Part shown: positions 39,403-49,980 of the stretch, piece by piece | Layout: each line of letters opens with the position of its first letter | How positions within the stretch are numbered: position 1 is the first letter of the stretch | Source: Candidatus Cloacimonadota bacterium | GTDB taxonomy: Bacteria; Cloacimonadota; Cloacimonadia; Cloacimonadales; JAJBBL01 | Length of the DNA: 64,000 bases | Assembly (NCBI GenBank): GCA_019429305.1 | Contig: JAHYIR010000003.1 | Location: 100,293-164,292, forward strand | Direction: 5' to 3' | The notes under the pieces: model-generated | Told to the model about the DNA's origin: nothing | What the model saw: only the letters and a program-made list of their open reading frames with translations | Databases searched by the model: none | Program-made: the position numbers and the translations under genes

Positions 39403-40629
39403 CTATCCTTTTTTCTTATATCGTTCTTGTCCTGCAATATAGGTGGCAAAAATATTTGCAGGATCACTTAGATAGATCAGATAAGACAATATTTCTTCCG
39501 GCATTCTATTGAGGTTTTCTGGTAACTCGATAAAGGTGAGATCTGCTTCCTTTCCTTTCTCAATAGAACCGAGCAGACCTTCTTTTCCAAGAACTTTTGC
39601 TGCTCCGAGAGTTGAGTAGTAAAGTGCCTCTTTTAAAGTTATATGATATTCTTCCTGACGATAGATAAACATCTTCATTATATGTGGCATATACAGAGTA
39701 GTGCCAGCACCTACATCAGAACCGAGTGCAAAATCAATATTATGATCTAAAATCTTCTGGAGATGAAAAGTTCCACTATGTAGAAAGAAGTTTGAATCGG
39801 GACAATGGGTGATCTTGCTCTTTGTTTGAGTTAGGATGTTCATTTCTTCATCAGAGAGATGTATTGCATGACCTAATAGTGTCTTCTCTCCTAATAGTTG
39901 GTGCTTCTCATATACTTCGGTGTAAGAATTGCTATCCGGGAATAATTCATGTACCCATTTGAGTTCTTGTTTGTTTTCTGAGAGATGAGTTTGTATATAT
40001 GCCTTATTATCAGAAGCAAATTTTCCTATTCCTTTCATTAGTTTTGAAGAACAAACAGGAGCAAATCTGGGCGTAAATATATACTCTAATAAAGGGGTTG
40101 TCTTGTTCCATTTATGGTAAAGAGTAATAGCTTCTTCTAATGATCGATTTGTATCACGGCAGAGAAAATCCGGACAGTTTCTATCCATCAGGGTTTGACC
40201 CATAATAACTCTAACTCCGGCTTCTTGAGCTTCCTGAAATGCTATATCACAAGCTGAAGGGTTTGGAGCTACATAAACTACTGCAGTAGTAGTACCACAA
40301 GATAGCAAATTAGCAAAGAATTGAACGGCAATATCTTTAGCATATCTTGGATCATTTGCCTTTTCTTCTTCAGTAAAGATGTAATTATCTAACCATTGAA
40401 GTAATCCATCGGCATGCTTACCCCGAACATTGACCTGGGAAAGATGTACGTGAAGGTCAATGAGACCGGGCAGACAAACAGCATTGCTATAGTCTAAATA
40501 TGTATCTGAAAACTTTTCCGATGAAATATCTATGATTCGGCTATTTTCTATTTTTATATATTGATTCTGCTTGAACAATATCGATTTATCGATCAATGGG
40601 GTAAGAATATTAGTCTTTATCTGGATCAT
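39403..40629 (-). CDS. guaD: Amidohydrolase, probable guanine deaminase
   Basis: PGLIDLHVHLSQ metal site, HLSENKQE, GHAIHLSDEE, GSDVGAGT. An HxSEN motif favours guanine deaminase over MtaD/Atz-type enzymes. Confidence 0.55.
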   Translation of the reverse strand: MIQIKTNILTPLIDKSILFKQNQYIKIENSRIIDISSEKFSDTYLDYSNAVCLPGLIDLHVHLSQVNVRGKHADGLLQWLDNYIFTEEEKANDPRYAKDIAVQFFANLLSCGTTTAVVYVAPNPSACDIAFQEAQEAGVRVIMGQTLMDRNCPDFLCRDTNRSLEEAITLYHKWNKTTPLLEYIFTPRFAPVCSSKLMKGIGKFASDNKAYIQTHLSENKQELKWVHELFPDSNSYTEVYEKHQLLGEKTLLGHAIHLSDEEMNILTQTKSKITHCPDSNFFLHSGTFHLQKILDHNIDFALGSDVGAGTTLYMPHIMKMFIYRQEEYHITLKEALYYSTLGAAKVLGKEGLLGSIEKGKEADLTFIELPENLNRMPEEILSYLIYLSDPANIFATYIAGQERYKKKG

Positions 40630-40636
40630 TATTTCA

Positions 40637-41878
40637 TTAGTTGTTTTTTTTCATTATTACTTTTATGACCTTGCTACTCGATGCCTGAAGCACTTCCAAC
40701 CGCCATTTTCCAACATTTATCTTAGTGCCTTTGCTTGGAATGCGCATTAAATTAGAGATTATCAATCCGGCTAAGGTTTCGTAATCACCTTCAGGCAGTT
40801 CAGCATCAAATTCATCATTGAGATGATCAATCTCAACGAACCCTTTTACAACATATTCATTGTCATTGATCTTCTGAATGTCTTTATCTTCTACTTCCTC
40901 GAAATCATACTCATCTTCAATTTCGCCAACTAATTCTTCTAAAATGTCTTCAATAGTGACCAAACCTGCGGTACCACCGAAATTATCTACTACCACCGCC
41001 ATACTTTTACGTTTTTGTTGCATCTCTTTGAGGAGTGCGTTCAAATCTATTGTTTCGGGGACAAAGAGAGCTTCTCTTGCAAAATCAGTTGCTCGTAAAT
41101 TGTTTGAACTATTCTTTTTCAACAAATCATAGATGATCAGAATGCCGATAATATTGTCTATATCTTGTTCATAGACGGGATACCTTGTATATCCCTCTTG
41201 TTTAGCTAATTCGATGATCTCTTGAACAGATTTATCATTACTAATAGCCATTATATCAGTACGCGGAGTCATGACATTTTTGGCTATAAGTTCATTAAAA
41301 TCAAGTACCTCTTCTAACATATCTCTCTGTGGCTGTTCAATGCTATCACCCAGATTAGATTCAGACAAAATAATTGCCAGGTCTTCTCGTGTCAGGAAGG
41401 AGTAACGATTATCACGTTCTAATCCAAAATACTTCGTTAAAAAGGCATAAAACAAGTTAATTATAGAAATAAATGGTCTTAAAATAAGATAGAAAAAGAA
41501 CAAGATCGGAAATAAGCGTGTTACATAGATATTAGAATTTTCTCTACTGATCGATTTTGGTACTATCTCTGCGAAAATCAACATGAAAGCAGCTAACAAA
41601 AGAATTGAGATGGATTTGTCTAATGGCAGGAGTTGAGCAAAATATACTGTAAATATAGTAGAAACAACAACAACAGATATGTTATTACCAATGAGTGTAA
41701 CCCCTAAATAACGATTCGGTTCTTCAATAAAAGAAAGTAGTTTTTTCTTTAACTTGTCTTCTTTTGCATCTTGTTCTAATTTCAAACGGTCTATGGAGAT
41801 AAGTCCAGTTTCCATACCCGAAAAGAACATCGATAAGATAAAAAATAGGATGATAAAGAAAAGTGCAATTATTTCCAT
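40637..41878 (-). CDS. CNNM/HlyC-CorC family transporter (DUF21, CBS pair, CorC_HlyC)
   Basis: 4 TM helices at the N-terminus, CBS pair, C-terminal transporter-associated domain. Confidence 0.85.
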   Translation of the reverse strand: MEIIALFFIILFFILSMFFSGMETGLISIDRLKLEQDAKEDKLKKKLLSFIEEPNRYLGVTLIGNNISVVVVSTIFTVYFAQLLPLDKSISILLLAAFMLIFAEIVPKSISRENSNIYVTRLFPILFFFYLILRPFISIINLFYAFLTKYFGLERDNRYSFLTREDLAIILSESNLGDSIEQPQRDMLEEVLDFNELIAKNVMTPRTDIMAISNDKSVQEIIELAKQEGYTRYPVYEQDIDNIIGILIIYDLLKKNSSNNLRATDFAREALFVPETIDLNALLKEMQQKRKSMAVVVDNFGGTAGLVTIEDILEELVGEIEDEYDFEEVEDKDIQKINDNEYVVKGFVEIDHLNDEFDAELPEGDYETLAGLIISNLMRIPSKGTKINVGKWRLEVLQASSSKVIKVIMKKNN

Positions 41879-41942
41879 TATGATATTGTGTTTCTTAGCT
41901 ACTCATCATAGTTCAGTCGCTAAACTGATATCAGATATAAAG

Positions 41943-43016
41943 CTATCTTCTATTAACCATTTCATTTTTATATGCTATTTTCAAGGCCTCTACAAACTCA
42001 TCTATTTCACCTTTCAAAATATCTTCCAATCGATAAGATGTCAAATTAATTCTATGATCAGTAACTCTGTTTTGGGCATAATTATAAGTTCTTATCTTAC
42101 CGCTTCTATCACCAGTGCCTACTTGTGCCTTGCGGAAAGAAGAAATCTCTGCTTCTTTCTTAGCTATCTCTAAATCTAACAGCTTAGCCCGTAACACCTT
42201 AAGAGCTTTTAACTTGTTCTTTAACTGCGATTTCTCATCCTGACATGTTACCACCAAACCACTAGGAAGATGGCTTATTCTCACAGCCGAATCTGTTGTA
42301 TTAACACTCTGTCCACCGTGACCAGAGGCACGGTAAACATCTATTCTCAGATCTGATTCTTCGATTTCCAGATCGATTTCATCAGCTTCAGGTAGAACAG
42401 CAACAGTAATTGCCGAGGTATGAATTCTTCCACTTGCTTCTGTATCCGGGACTCTTTGGACACGATGTACTCCACTCTCAAAGCGGATATTTCCATAAAC
42501 TTCTTTCCCTTCCAAAGAAAAGATAACCTCTTTATATCCTCCCAAACCTGTAAGATTAGCGTCTAAAACAGTCAGTTTCCATTTCATTTTTTCAGCGTAA
42601 TAGCTGTACATCCTGAACAGATCTGCTGCGAAGAGAGCAGCTTCTTCACCACCTGTACCAGCTCTTATCTCAACTATAGCGTTCTTAGTATCATTGGGAT
42701 CTTTGGGGGTCAGAAGTTGCAACAGTTCTTCGGTTTTTTTCTCTAACTGCTCTTCCTCTGATTCTATCTCATCTCTTATAAGATCAACAAACTCTTGATC
42801 TGTTTCTTTTTCTCTCAATTTCTGATGTTTTTGAATACTGCTTTTTAATCTCACTACTTCATCATAATGAGAAAGTATTTCATTTAGATCGTTGAAACGT
42901 CTCGAGATTTCACGATACTTTTTCTGATTTTTTATTAATGACAGATCACTCAACTGTTCTTTAAGTAACTCGTACTCTGTTCTTAGTTCGGTAATCTTCT
43001 TTTCCGGAATTATCAT
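41943..43016 (-). CDS. prfA: Peptide chain release factor 1
   Basis: GGQ motif ([23 protein letters not shown]). [17 protein letters not shown] (RF1-type PxT). No frameshift site. Confidence 0.93.
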   Translation of the reverse strand: MIIPEKKITELRTEYELLKEQLSDLSLIKNQKKYREISRRFNDLNEILSHYDEVVRLKSSIQKHQKLREKETDQEFVDLIRDEIESEEEQLEKKTEELLQLLTPKDPNDTKNAIVEIRAGTGGEEAALFAADLFRMYSYYAEKMKWKLTVLDANLTGLGGYKEVIFSLEGKEVYGNIRFESGVHRVQRVPDTEASGRIHTSAITVAVLPEADEIDLEIEESDLRIDVYRASGHGGQSVNTTDSAVRISHLPSGLVVTCQDEKSQLKNKLKALKVLRAKLLDLEIAKKEAEISSFRKAQVGTGDRSGKIRTYNYAQNRVTDHRINLTSYRLEDILKGEIDEFVEALKIAYKNEMVNRR

Positions 43017-43018
43017 TC

Positions 43019-43972
43019 TTAAATTTCTTCGTATGAAATTGTACTATTCTGAGGAGTTGATATTTCCAATGCAGACTCTAAAGCTACAATTGCTACTTCT
43101 AATTGACCTTGATCGGGTGGCTGAGTAGTTATTTTCTGTAACAGTCGTCCCGGCAGAGTTAAAATCTGCATGAAGGGGTTGTTGATATTCTTGCCGGAAA
43201 ACTTAAGTACTTCGTAAGATAGACCGGCTATTAACGGGACGAAGAGTAAATGATATAGAATCCTAACAAAAAGTGCCGGTACACCATAATAAGCAGTATA
43301 GATGGTATCGAGAATTGAGAAGATCAAAATAGACACTAAAAGAACTAAGAATACGTAACTTGTACCACAGCGAGGATGAATTGTCGTATATTTTTCGATA
43401 CTTTCAGGAGTTAATTGTACTCTATTTTCATAAGCATGGACAGTTTTATGTTCTGCACCATGATATTGAAAGATTCTTTTGATGTCTTTCATCAAGCTAA
43501 TAAGCTTTACATAAGCAATAAAAAAGATGATTCTTACGATACCGGTAAAGATATTAAAGTAGATCGACTCTTTGGAAAGATTAATTAGATAAGCAATCTG
43601 ATATGGAAGATAGGTGAAGATTACAAATGCTAAAGCAAATGCAAAAAGGAATGCCAAGATCATATCAAACTTCTTCTTCTTTTCACTCGGGTTCTTTTTA
43701 TTCTCCTCTTTTTCATCAAGTTCTGCTCGTTCCGCTGAAAATTGCAATGTTTTTAATCCGATGATCAGTATCTCGATCAGAGAAACAAAACCACGTAAAA
43801 CAGGTAAACCGAGAAGCTTGCTCTTTTTTGTAATGCTGATAAATTCTTCCTTTTTTACTTCTATTGTAGCATCTTTACGTCTAACTGCTGTTGATAAATA
43901 TTGAGGTCCACGCATTACAACCCCTTCTATTACAGCTTGACCACCGATTGACAAATCTTGGGGATTATTCAT
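43019..43972 (-). CDS. DUF1385 (YqhQ-like) membrane protein
   Basis: [14 protein letters not shown]-terminus and HGAEHK motif. Confidence 0.8.
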   Translation of the reverse strand: MNNPQDLSIGGQAVIEGVVMRGPQYLSTAVRRKDATIEVKKEEFISITKKSKLLGLPVLRGFVSLIEILIIGLKTLQFSAERAELDEKEENKKNPSEKKKKFDMILAFLFAFALAFVIFTYLPYQIAYLINLSKESIYFNIFTGIVRIIFFIAYVKLISLMKDIKRIFQYHGAEHKTVHAYENRVQLTPESIEKYTTIHPRCGTSYVFLVLLVSILIFSILDTIYTAYYGVPALFVRILYHLLFVPLIAGLSYEVLKFSGKNINNPFMQILTLPGRLLQKITTQPPDQGQLEVAIVALESALEISTPQNSTISYEEI

Positions 43973-43993
43973 AGTTTTTATCCTTTTTTTGCA

Positions 43994-44036
43994 TAAAAAA
44001 ACACCAGCTTATCTAATTAATAAGTGGTGCTTTTTA
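43994..44036 (-). terminator. Rho-independent terminator after rpmE (T-runs on both sides of the hairpin)
   Basis: CACCAGCTTAT...ATAAGTGGTG hairpin with an A7 run on the plus strand (T7 on the minus strand). Confidence 0.7.
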
Positions 44037-44057
44037 TAAGTTATATCAGTAAAAGAT

Positions 44058-44273
44058 CTATTCAGTATCTTCTTTTTTCTTCTTATAACGTCTGTTGAAT
44101 TTCTCTACTCTACCAGCAGTATCGAGAATCTTTTGCTTTCCTGTGTAGAAGGGGTGACAAGCAGAACAGATCTCTACTATGAGTTTATCCTTAGTAGATC
44201 TAGTCTCAAAACTATTACCACAAGCACAGGTGACCATTACCTTTTCATACTTTGGATGTATATCTTTTTTCAT
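44058..44273 (-). CDS. rpmE: 50S ribosomal protein L31 (Cys-containing, Zn-binding type)
   Basis: MKKDIHPKY... with CxC and CxxC (CACG ... [10 protein letters not shown]). Confidence 0.95.
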   Translation of the reverse strand: MKKDIHPKYEKVMVTCACGNSFETRSTKDKLIVEICSACHPFYTGKQKILDTAGRVEKFNRRYKKKKEDTE

Positions 44274-44385
44274 TTTTGCTCCTCATTAGAGTATATCACT
44301 TATATCATTTGAACAAAAAAAGAGGGGGGTGTTTACTTGTCAAGAACAAACATTAAAGTAGTTTTTTAGCTAACGACAAATCATT

Positions 44386-45210
44386 TTATGAGTTCGCTGT
44401 TTTAGAAGCCATCTCTTTATAAATTAATGTTCCGATAAAAATAATAAAGGAAAGAATAACAATTGTCGCTCCTGAAGGCAGGTTTAGTTGATATGATAAG
44501 ATAATGCCCCCAATAGCACTTATTTCAGCTAATATAACAGAGAGAATGATTGCTGATTTCATATTTCTTACTAAATTTAATGCAGTAATTCCCGGTAAGA
44601 TAAGTTGAGCTGTAATTAAGATTACACCGACGATTTTTACTGATATCACAATATTTACAGCCAATAGTATGATAAATAGATAATAGGCAATATCGACAGA
44701 AATGCCATAAATACGGGCAACTGAATAATTATAAGTCATGTAAAAAAGTTCTTTGAAGAAGAGATAAATGAAGATGGCATTAACACCCAATAGAATAGCA
44801 AGAAAACATAAGTCTCTAGTTGTTATAAGTATTATGTTTCCAAATAGATAGCTGGTTAGATCAACAGTATAGTTCTTGTTCAAACTAATGAGTATTATGC
44901 CAATAGCCATTGAAACAGAAAGAAAAATCGTGATGATGTTAGTTTCTTGATAGTAATAGTATTTTGAAAACAAACCAATCAGAATAGCTATTAAAATAAC
45001 AAAACCTATAGCAGTAATAGTTAGATCAGTGCCAATAAGCAGAGCTAATGCAATACCTGCAAAAGCCATGTGAGAGAATGCTTCTCCTAAAAAAGAGACT
45101 TTCTTAAGAGTTAAGAATACAGATAACTGGGAAGTAGCTGCTGCAGATAGAATAGCTCCAATCAAAGCATGTAAAAGAAAACGATACTGAAAAAAATCTG
45201 CCAATTCCAT
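44386..45210 (-). CDS. znuB: Metal ABC transporter permease (ABC-3 family)
   Basis: About 8 TM helices. Operon with the ATPase and SBP genes. Confidence 0.75.
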   Translation of the reverse strand: MELADFFQYRFLLHALIGAILSAAATSQLSVFLTLKKVSFLGEAFSHMAFAGIALALLIGTDLTITAIGFVILIAILIGLFSKYYYYQETNIITIFLSVSMAIGIILISLNKNYTVDLTSYLFGNIILITTRDLCFLAILLGVNAIFIYLFFKELFYMTYNYSVARIYGISVDIAYYLFIILLAVNIVISVKIVGVILITAQLILPGITALNLVRNMKSAIILSVILAEISAIGGIILSYQLNLPSGATIVILSFIIFIGTLIYKEMASKTANS

Positions 45211-45228
45211 CAGACCCGATTCCTTTAC

Positions 45229-45966
45229 TTAATAGATTTTATCCACTAATTTAACTGCTTCGCCATAAGTCTTCTTAATAGTTTCTGCACTAAGAAGTTC
45301 TGTTTTATCATGGAAATGCAGAGTTTTATTCAGACAAATAAGAAAGCTGGTATGTTGGGTCAGGATATTTAAATCATGTGAGACGACAATGATTGTCTTT
45401 CCCTGTTGATTTATATCATTTAAGAGTTGAAAGAAACCCTTGACAGATTCAGTGTCTAAGCTAGCTTCCGGCTCATCTAAAAAGAAGATTTCGCTTTCTG
45501 ACATGAGGGCTCTTGCCAGTAATACTCTTTGAAATTCACCTCCTGATAGTGAACCGATGTATTGCAACTCTTTACCGACCAATCCAACAATCTCTAAATA
45601 ATGATAAGCTCTCTCCTTGTCGGAAGAACTAAAAGATCGAAAAAGACCTTTTGTCCCTGCATATCCCATAAGGACAATGTCTAAAGCAGTAGCTGGGAAG
45701 TCGGCATCGAGTTTTTCTCCCTGTGGTAAATACCCTATTCTATTCTTCTTCATCCATTGCCTATTAGGAGAACCTTCTATTAATACAGTTCCTCGATAAT
45801 CATTGATTAATGCTATGATGATTTTTACCAGAGTAGATTTCCCGGCTCCGTTCGGACCAAGTATTGCTATGAATTCCCCTTTCTTTAGAAAAAGGTTGAT
45901 ATCTTTCAGAATGATCTTATTATTGACTTGATAGTTAAGGTTTCTAATCTCTATCATAATCGGCAA
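45229..45966 (-). CDS. znuC: Metal ABC transporter ATP-binding protein
   Basis: Walker A GPNGAGKST, signature LSGGEFQR, Walker B IFFLDEP. Confidence 0.8.
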   Translation of the reverse strand: MPIMIEIRNLNYQVNNKIILKDINLFLKKGEFIAILGPNGAGKSTLVKIIIALINDYRGTVLIEGSPNRQWMKKNRIGYLPQGEKLDADFPATALDIVLMGYAGTKGLFRSFSSSDKERAYHYLEIVGLVGKELQYIGSLSGGEFQRVLLARALMSESEIFFLDEPEASLDTESVKGFFQLLNDINQQGKTIIVVSHDLNILTQHTSFLICLNKTLHFHDKTELLSAETIKKTYGEAVKLVDKIY

Positions 45967-46888
45967 AATGTCGTTTCAAAGTATTCCAATTTGTCATTAG
46001 CAATTCTGATATACTTTTTGCTTCATAAAAGCTACCGAGGGGGTCTAGTATTTCAATTTTTAGATCATACTGTTTTGCTAAAATTTCTGCTGCTTTGGGA
46101 TTTAATTGAGGTTCTAATGTAATTAAATTTATCTGATGTTCTCTAATTTTCTCTCCGAGAGTTGTCAATTCTCTCGGTGTTGGTTCATGTCCGGGAGATC
46201 TAACTACAACCCCAACAGTATTTATTCCATATCTCCTATTGAAATAATAAAATGCATCATGAAAATTAATGATGTTTAAATTGCCTAACCTCATACTATC
46301 TTCAGAAATAATGTTATCTAACTGATAGAGTTCCATATGAAGTTCGTTTAAGTTCTCTCTGTAATAATTTGTATTTTCCGGATCTAATTCAGCAAAAATT
46401 TCAGTTAAACCTTCTGATATTCTAATCAGAAATATTGGATCTAACCAGATATGAGGATTGTAGTTATGATGGTGATGTTCATGATCATGGGAATGCAAAT
46501 AATTATCCTCGGAAAGATCTGTATGGCTCATTTCGAGAAGATCTGTTAAAAAATGGTCAACAGAAATATGTCTCTCTCTTAAACTCTTAAGATAATTAAC
46601 GAGATGTGCTTCTAAATTTAATCCGTTAGAAACAACTAAATCTGCTCTTTCCAAAAACTTCATATCACTGGGAGTAGGTGAATAGACATGTGGAGAGGCA
46701 TCCGGAGGCATTAGGCTACTAACAGTTGCTTTATCTCCCACAATCTGTCTAACGAGTATTTCATAAGGATAGATAGTGGTAGCTATGACTAATTCATCGT
46801 TTCCATTAGAAATTGTTTTTTGCCGTAGCAATGTGAATAAAATTAACAGGATAAGAATGATTAGTATTACAAACACCATAGTTCTCAT
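45944..46888 (-). CDS. znuA: Metal ABC transporter substrate-binding protein with His-rich loop (Zn-type)
   Basis: Signal/TM segment. HSHDHEHHHHNYNPHIWLDP loop typical of ZnuA. 23-nt overlap with the ATPase gene. Confidence 0.75.
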   Translation of the reverse strand: MRTMVFVILIILILLILFTLLRQKTISNGNDELVIATTIYPYEILVRQIVGDKATVSSLMPPDASPHVYSPTPSDMKFLERADLVVSNGLNLEAHLVNYLKSLRERHISVDHFLTDLLEMSHTDLSEDNYLHSHDHEHHHHNYNPHIWLDPIFLIRISEGLTEIFAELDPENTNYYRENLNELHMELYQLDNIISEDSMRLGNLNIINFHDAFYYFNRRYGINTVGVVVRSPGHEPTPRELTTLGEKIREHQINLITLEPQLNPKAAEILAKQYDLKIEILDPLGSFYEAKSISELLMTNWNTLKRHFADYDRD

Positions 46889-46945
46889 GATAAATACCTC
46901 TAAAATCTATTATTATAGCCTTTCTTGTTTTCTAAATTCTTTGGA

Positions 46946-47821
46946 TTATTTATCAACCCTTCTTATAGTGGGATAAGCAAGATTGATATCATCGTGTTTA
47001 GCGAATTCTTGAAGTATGTCTTCCCAAATTGCTTCCGAAGTTCCTCTTCTTTTTCTTATCTCAGTGAGATATCGGATCGTGAGTAAAACACCACTATCTT
47101 CAACAGAGGTATATACTTTGGGGGTTAATACATTATAAAAGATTAGAAATTTACGGGCTGTCTTCTTTATCTCTTCTTCTGCTTCTGAGGACAATTGTAA
47201 GGCATTGTCGTCAGCAATTTTCTGCATTATATTTTTAGCTTTTTTCCAGGCACTTTCGAAAGTTATCAGCACCGGGATTTCATGCCAAATATATTTGAAA
47301 CCATGATCATAATTACATAAAGGTTGAGCAAAGATAAGACCATTCGGTATGTGTATCATTCTGCCTGTACTCTGATCAGCCTTCACCCAGTTTCCGATTT
47401 CTAAAATAGTAAATTGAAAAGGACGCAGATCAATTACATCTCCAGCATTTTCACCTATTTGTATTCGATTACCTACTTGAAACGGTTTTCTCCAAACAAT
47501 AAAGATCCAACCGGCAAAGTTAGCAACTAAGTCTTTCAAGGCAATGGCTAAACCAGCCGAGAGTAACCCCAAGAATGTTGCCAGCGATTGAATCCCTTCA
47601 AACCAAAGTCGTCCAACAAGAATAAAACCAAGAAAAACAAAGATATAAGAGATAGTTTTCTTCCAGCTATATCTGCTTTTAACATCGGTTATTCTCTTAT
47701 CAACAATACTAACAATTATTCTGTTAAATAGCCATAAAATGAGTATAACAATAACAGAGTAGAGAATCCTGGAGAAGAGCGTATCTTCTAGTAGATATAG
47801 AACTTTTTCTATTCCATTCAT
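46946..47821 (-). CDS. Small-conductance mechanosensitive channel (MscS family)
   Basis: 3 TM helices followed by an MscS beta-domain pattern (GDVIDLRPFQFTIL). Confidence 0.8.
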   Translation of the reverse strand: MNGIEKVLYLLEDTLFSRILYSVIVILILWLFNRIIVSIVDKRITDVKSRYSWKKTISYIFVFLGFILVGRLWFEGIQSLATFLGLLSAGLAIALKDLVANFAGWIFIVWRKPFQVGNRIQIGENAGDVIDLRPFQFTILEIGNWVKADQSTGRMIHIPNGLIFAQPLCNYDHGFKYIWHEIPVLITFESAWKKAKNIMQKIADDNALQLSSEAEEEIKKTARKFLIFYNVLTPKVYTSVEDSGVLLTIRYLTEIRKRRGTSEAIWEDILQEFAKHDDINLAYPTIRRVDK

Positions 47822-47938
47822 AATTGTCCTTTAGATTCTTGATAGGATATTGATAAAAAATGAGATTCTACCGTCAATATTTTTTTCTTCTCCTTGTTAC
47901 TTAAAATTTTTAACTTATGGGTAGTGCTGGATTTGGAT

Positions 47939-47976
47939 AAAAAAACAGAGCCGTATTTACCAATGAATACGGCTCT
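47939..47976 (-). terminator. Rho-independent terminator of the ECF/Spy operon
   Basis: AGAGCCGTATT...AATACGGCTCT hairpin followed (minus sense) by T7. Confidence 0.8.
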
Positions 47977-48013
47977 TAATACAATATTTCGTATGGTTAT
48001 TGAGAATTAACCT

Positions 48014-48502
48014 TTAATCACGACAATCACAGTCTTCACAGTTCCCGCCTTCACCATGTGTGCGGGGCATTTGTTTCATCTGTTCTCTTTGCTCAGGGGT
48101 TAATACCTGATGTATCTTTTCGCGTAGTTCGATTCCTTTGCGAGCCATTTCACCCTCTTTTTGATACAGTTGATCATTTAATCTGATAGCATTGCGAAAA
48201 TCGTTATCTTGCATAGCTTGTCTAATTTGTAAACGCAGTTTTGTGATCTCAGCCCGTAAATCAATCATTTCTAATTGATGGGTATGTTGGAAGGTCCGTA
48301 CTTGTTCTCTTTGTTGTTCGGATAAATTAAGTCGATTTAATACACCTAATCCCATTTCATGTTGCATCCTTCCAACATCGGGTTTTTGTCGCTCTTCGGT
48401 TACTCTTTGTTCTCTCATATGCTGCATTCTTGTAGGATTTTCCTGTGCGATTAAGAAAACTCCTATAAGAAGTATTATGAATATAACAGCTATTCTTTTC
48501 AT
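48014..48502 (-). CDS. Spy/CpxP/ZraP-family periplasmic protein with Cys-rich tail
   Basis: Signal peptide. Two LTxxQ-type motifs (LSEQQREQ, LTPEQREQ). C-terminal HGEGGNCEDCDCRD. Confidence 0.7.
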   Translation of the reverse strand: MKRIAVIFIILLIGVFLIAQENPTRMQHMREQRVTEERQKPDVGRMQHEMGLGVLNRLNLSEQQREQVRTFQHTHQLEMIDLRAEITKLRLQIRQAMQDNDFRNAIRLNDQLYQKEGEMARKGIELREKIHQVLTPEQREQMKQMPRTHGEGGNCEDCDCRD

Positions 48503-48507
48503 ATTAG

Positions 48508-48927
48508 TTACCTCCTTTTTGGTCTATGAAATTCATTATGTATTTTTTGATGTGGAAATTCTCTAAAAAATCTCTCTGCTTGTTCCGCGTTCATATTTTT
48601 TCTTATTTCAATCAGATTTGTACAGATGGCATGCTCCATCTCATTCTGTTTTTCCAATAATTCATCAAGTAAAATACTCATTTCGGATTCATTAAAATCA
48701 GGTGCTGCCAAAGCTTCCATAAAGCGTTGTTTATATTCAAAGAATTCAGTGCGTCTTAAATTTATTTCTCGATGCTTTTCTCTTAGATGTTCTCTATTTA
48801 TTGGAATTCTTGGTGTTATCTGTCTCGGCAAAGGTCTTGCAATAACATGATAAAGAATAAATCCTGCTAAGATAACATTAAATAAAAGAGAGCAAAAGAG
48901 GATGATATCTTTCCATTTACTATTCAT
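48508..48927 (-). CDS. Membrane-anchored periplasmic helical protein (heavy-metal-sensor/Spy-like)
   Basis: N-terminal TM helix and a helical, charged periplasmic part (MNAEQAERFFREF). Confidence 0.5.
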   Translation of the reverse strand: MNSKWKDIILFCSLLFNVILAGFILYHVIARPLPRQITPRIPINREHLREKHREINLRRTEFFEYKQRFMEALAAPDFNESEMSILLDELLEKQNEMEHAICTNLIEIRKNMNAEQAERFFREFPHQKIHNEFHRPKRR

Positions 48928-49378
48928 AAGTAATACCCTCCCATATAGTGTAAAAAGATTGTTGAGCTATCTGATAATCATTATATAGTGATTGAGTACC
49001 AATGTTAGAATTTTGATAAAGCAGACCGAGAGTTATAGCAGAAACAAGAGTTAGTAATATTGCAGCAGCTGCCGGTATAGAGATATATCTGCGAAGCAAG
49101 TTGGTTCTGAATGTTTTTTTAATCTCTTTTTGTGGAATACTAAGTAGTTTAAGTCTCAGTGTTGAAGGTAATGGCTCAGTTGTAAAATCAAACAACAATT
49201 CATTAATTCTATTCAATGAATCATATTCTTTCCGACACGACTTACAAGATAAAAGATGTTCCGCCACCAGCATTTTATCTTCTCTTGATAACTCATTATC
49301 AATGAAAGCATTAAGTATTTGAATAACTTTCTTACATTTAATTTTACCTTTCATCATAAACCTCACTAAATATGACAC
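48920..49378 (-). CDS. Anti-sigma factor (zf-HC2 type)
   Basis: HLLSCKSCRKEY motif and a single TM helix. Immediately downstream of the ECF sigma gene. Confidence 0.75.
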   Translation of the reverse strand: MSYLVRFMMKGKIKCKKVIQILNAFIDNELSREDKMLVAEHLLSCKSCRKEYDSLNRINELLFDFTTEPLPSTLRLKLLSIPQKEIKKTFRTNLLRRYISIPAAAAILLTLVSAITLGLLYQNSNIGTQSLYNDYQIAQQSFYTIWEGITYE

Positions 49379-49382
49379 ATAA

Positions 49383-49895
49383 TTAACGAGAATCCTGCAA
49401 AAATTTCCGTAATTTTCTTTTTGCTCTTACAAGAAGAGAATCGACAGCTTTAACAGTTATCCCCATTATTTTAGCGATCTCTTCATATCCTTTCCCTTGA
49501 TAGAACTGTAATTCAATTGCTAATATTTCTTTTGCTTTCAGTTTTGATAGAGCTGATTGTATATTTTTTTTACCTTCATTGATAGTAGAACTCTGTCCAG
49601 ATTCTCTGTCCTGTTCTTCTAAGATAGTATCATCTAGACGAATATAACGATCTCTCTTTCTTTTATAGTTGATCGCACTGTTATGTGCAGCACGAAAAAG
49701 GTATGCAGAGTATTTTTGTGGATCGATATGGTGTATATGGTTGTAAAAAGCAATAAATACACTCTGTAAGACATCTTCGGCGTCATCCCGATTATTGAGA
49801 AAACGAATTAAATATCCGTACAACTTAGGACCAAATTCATCAACAATATTCTCAAAATCTCTTTTAATCATACAATTACCCTTATACATAGACAA
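49383..49895 (-). CDS. ECF-type RNA polymerase sigma-70 factor
   Basis: Region 2 (DAEDVLQSVFIAFY) and region 4 HTH (YEEIAKIMGITVKAVDSLLVRAKRKL). Confidence 0.88.
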   Translation of the reverse strand: MSMYKGNCMIKRDFENIVDEFGPKLYGYLIRFLNNRDDAEDVLQSVFIAFYNHIHHIDPQKYSAYLFRAAHNSAINYKRKRDRYIRLDDTILEEQDRESGQSSTINEGKKNIQSALSKLKAKEILAIELQFYQGKGYEEIAKIMGITVKAVDSLLVRAKRKLRKFLQDSR

Positions 49896-49924
49896 GGATA
49901 TTGCCTAATTACTGCAAGTTTTAT

Positions 49925-49954
49925 TTGACATTTTCTCAATAGAATTTATATAAG
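49925..49954 (+). promoter_or_regulatory. Candidate promoter of the cNMP-binding histidine kinase gene
   Basis: TTGACA-N16/17-TATATAAG. Confidence 0.35.
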
Positions 49955-49980
49955 TAATCATTACATTAGGAGCATTGTAT

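Noticed and set aside
46889-46945. Possible Zur box upstream of the znuA-like gene
   Set aside because: Only a weak CTAT...ATAG symmetry within AT-rich DNA. The short gap suggests co-transcription with the MscS gene.
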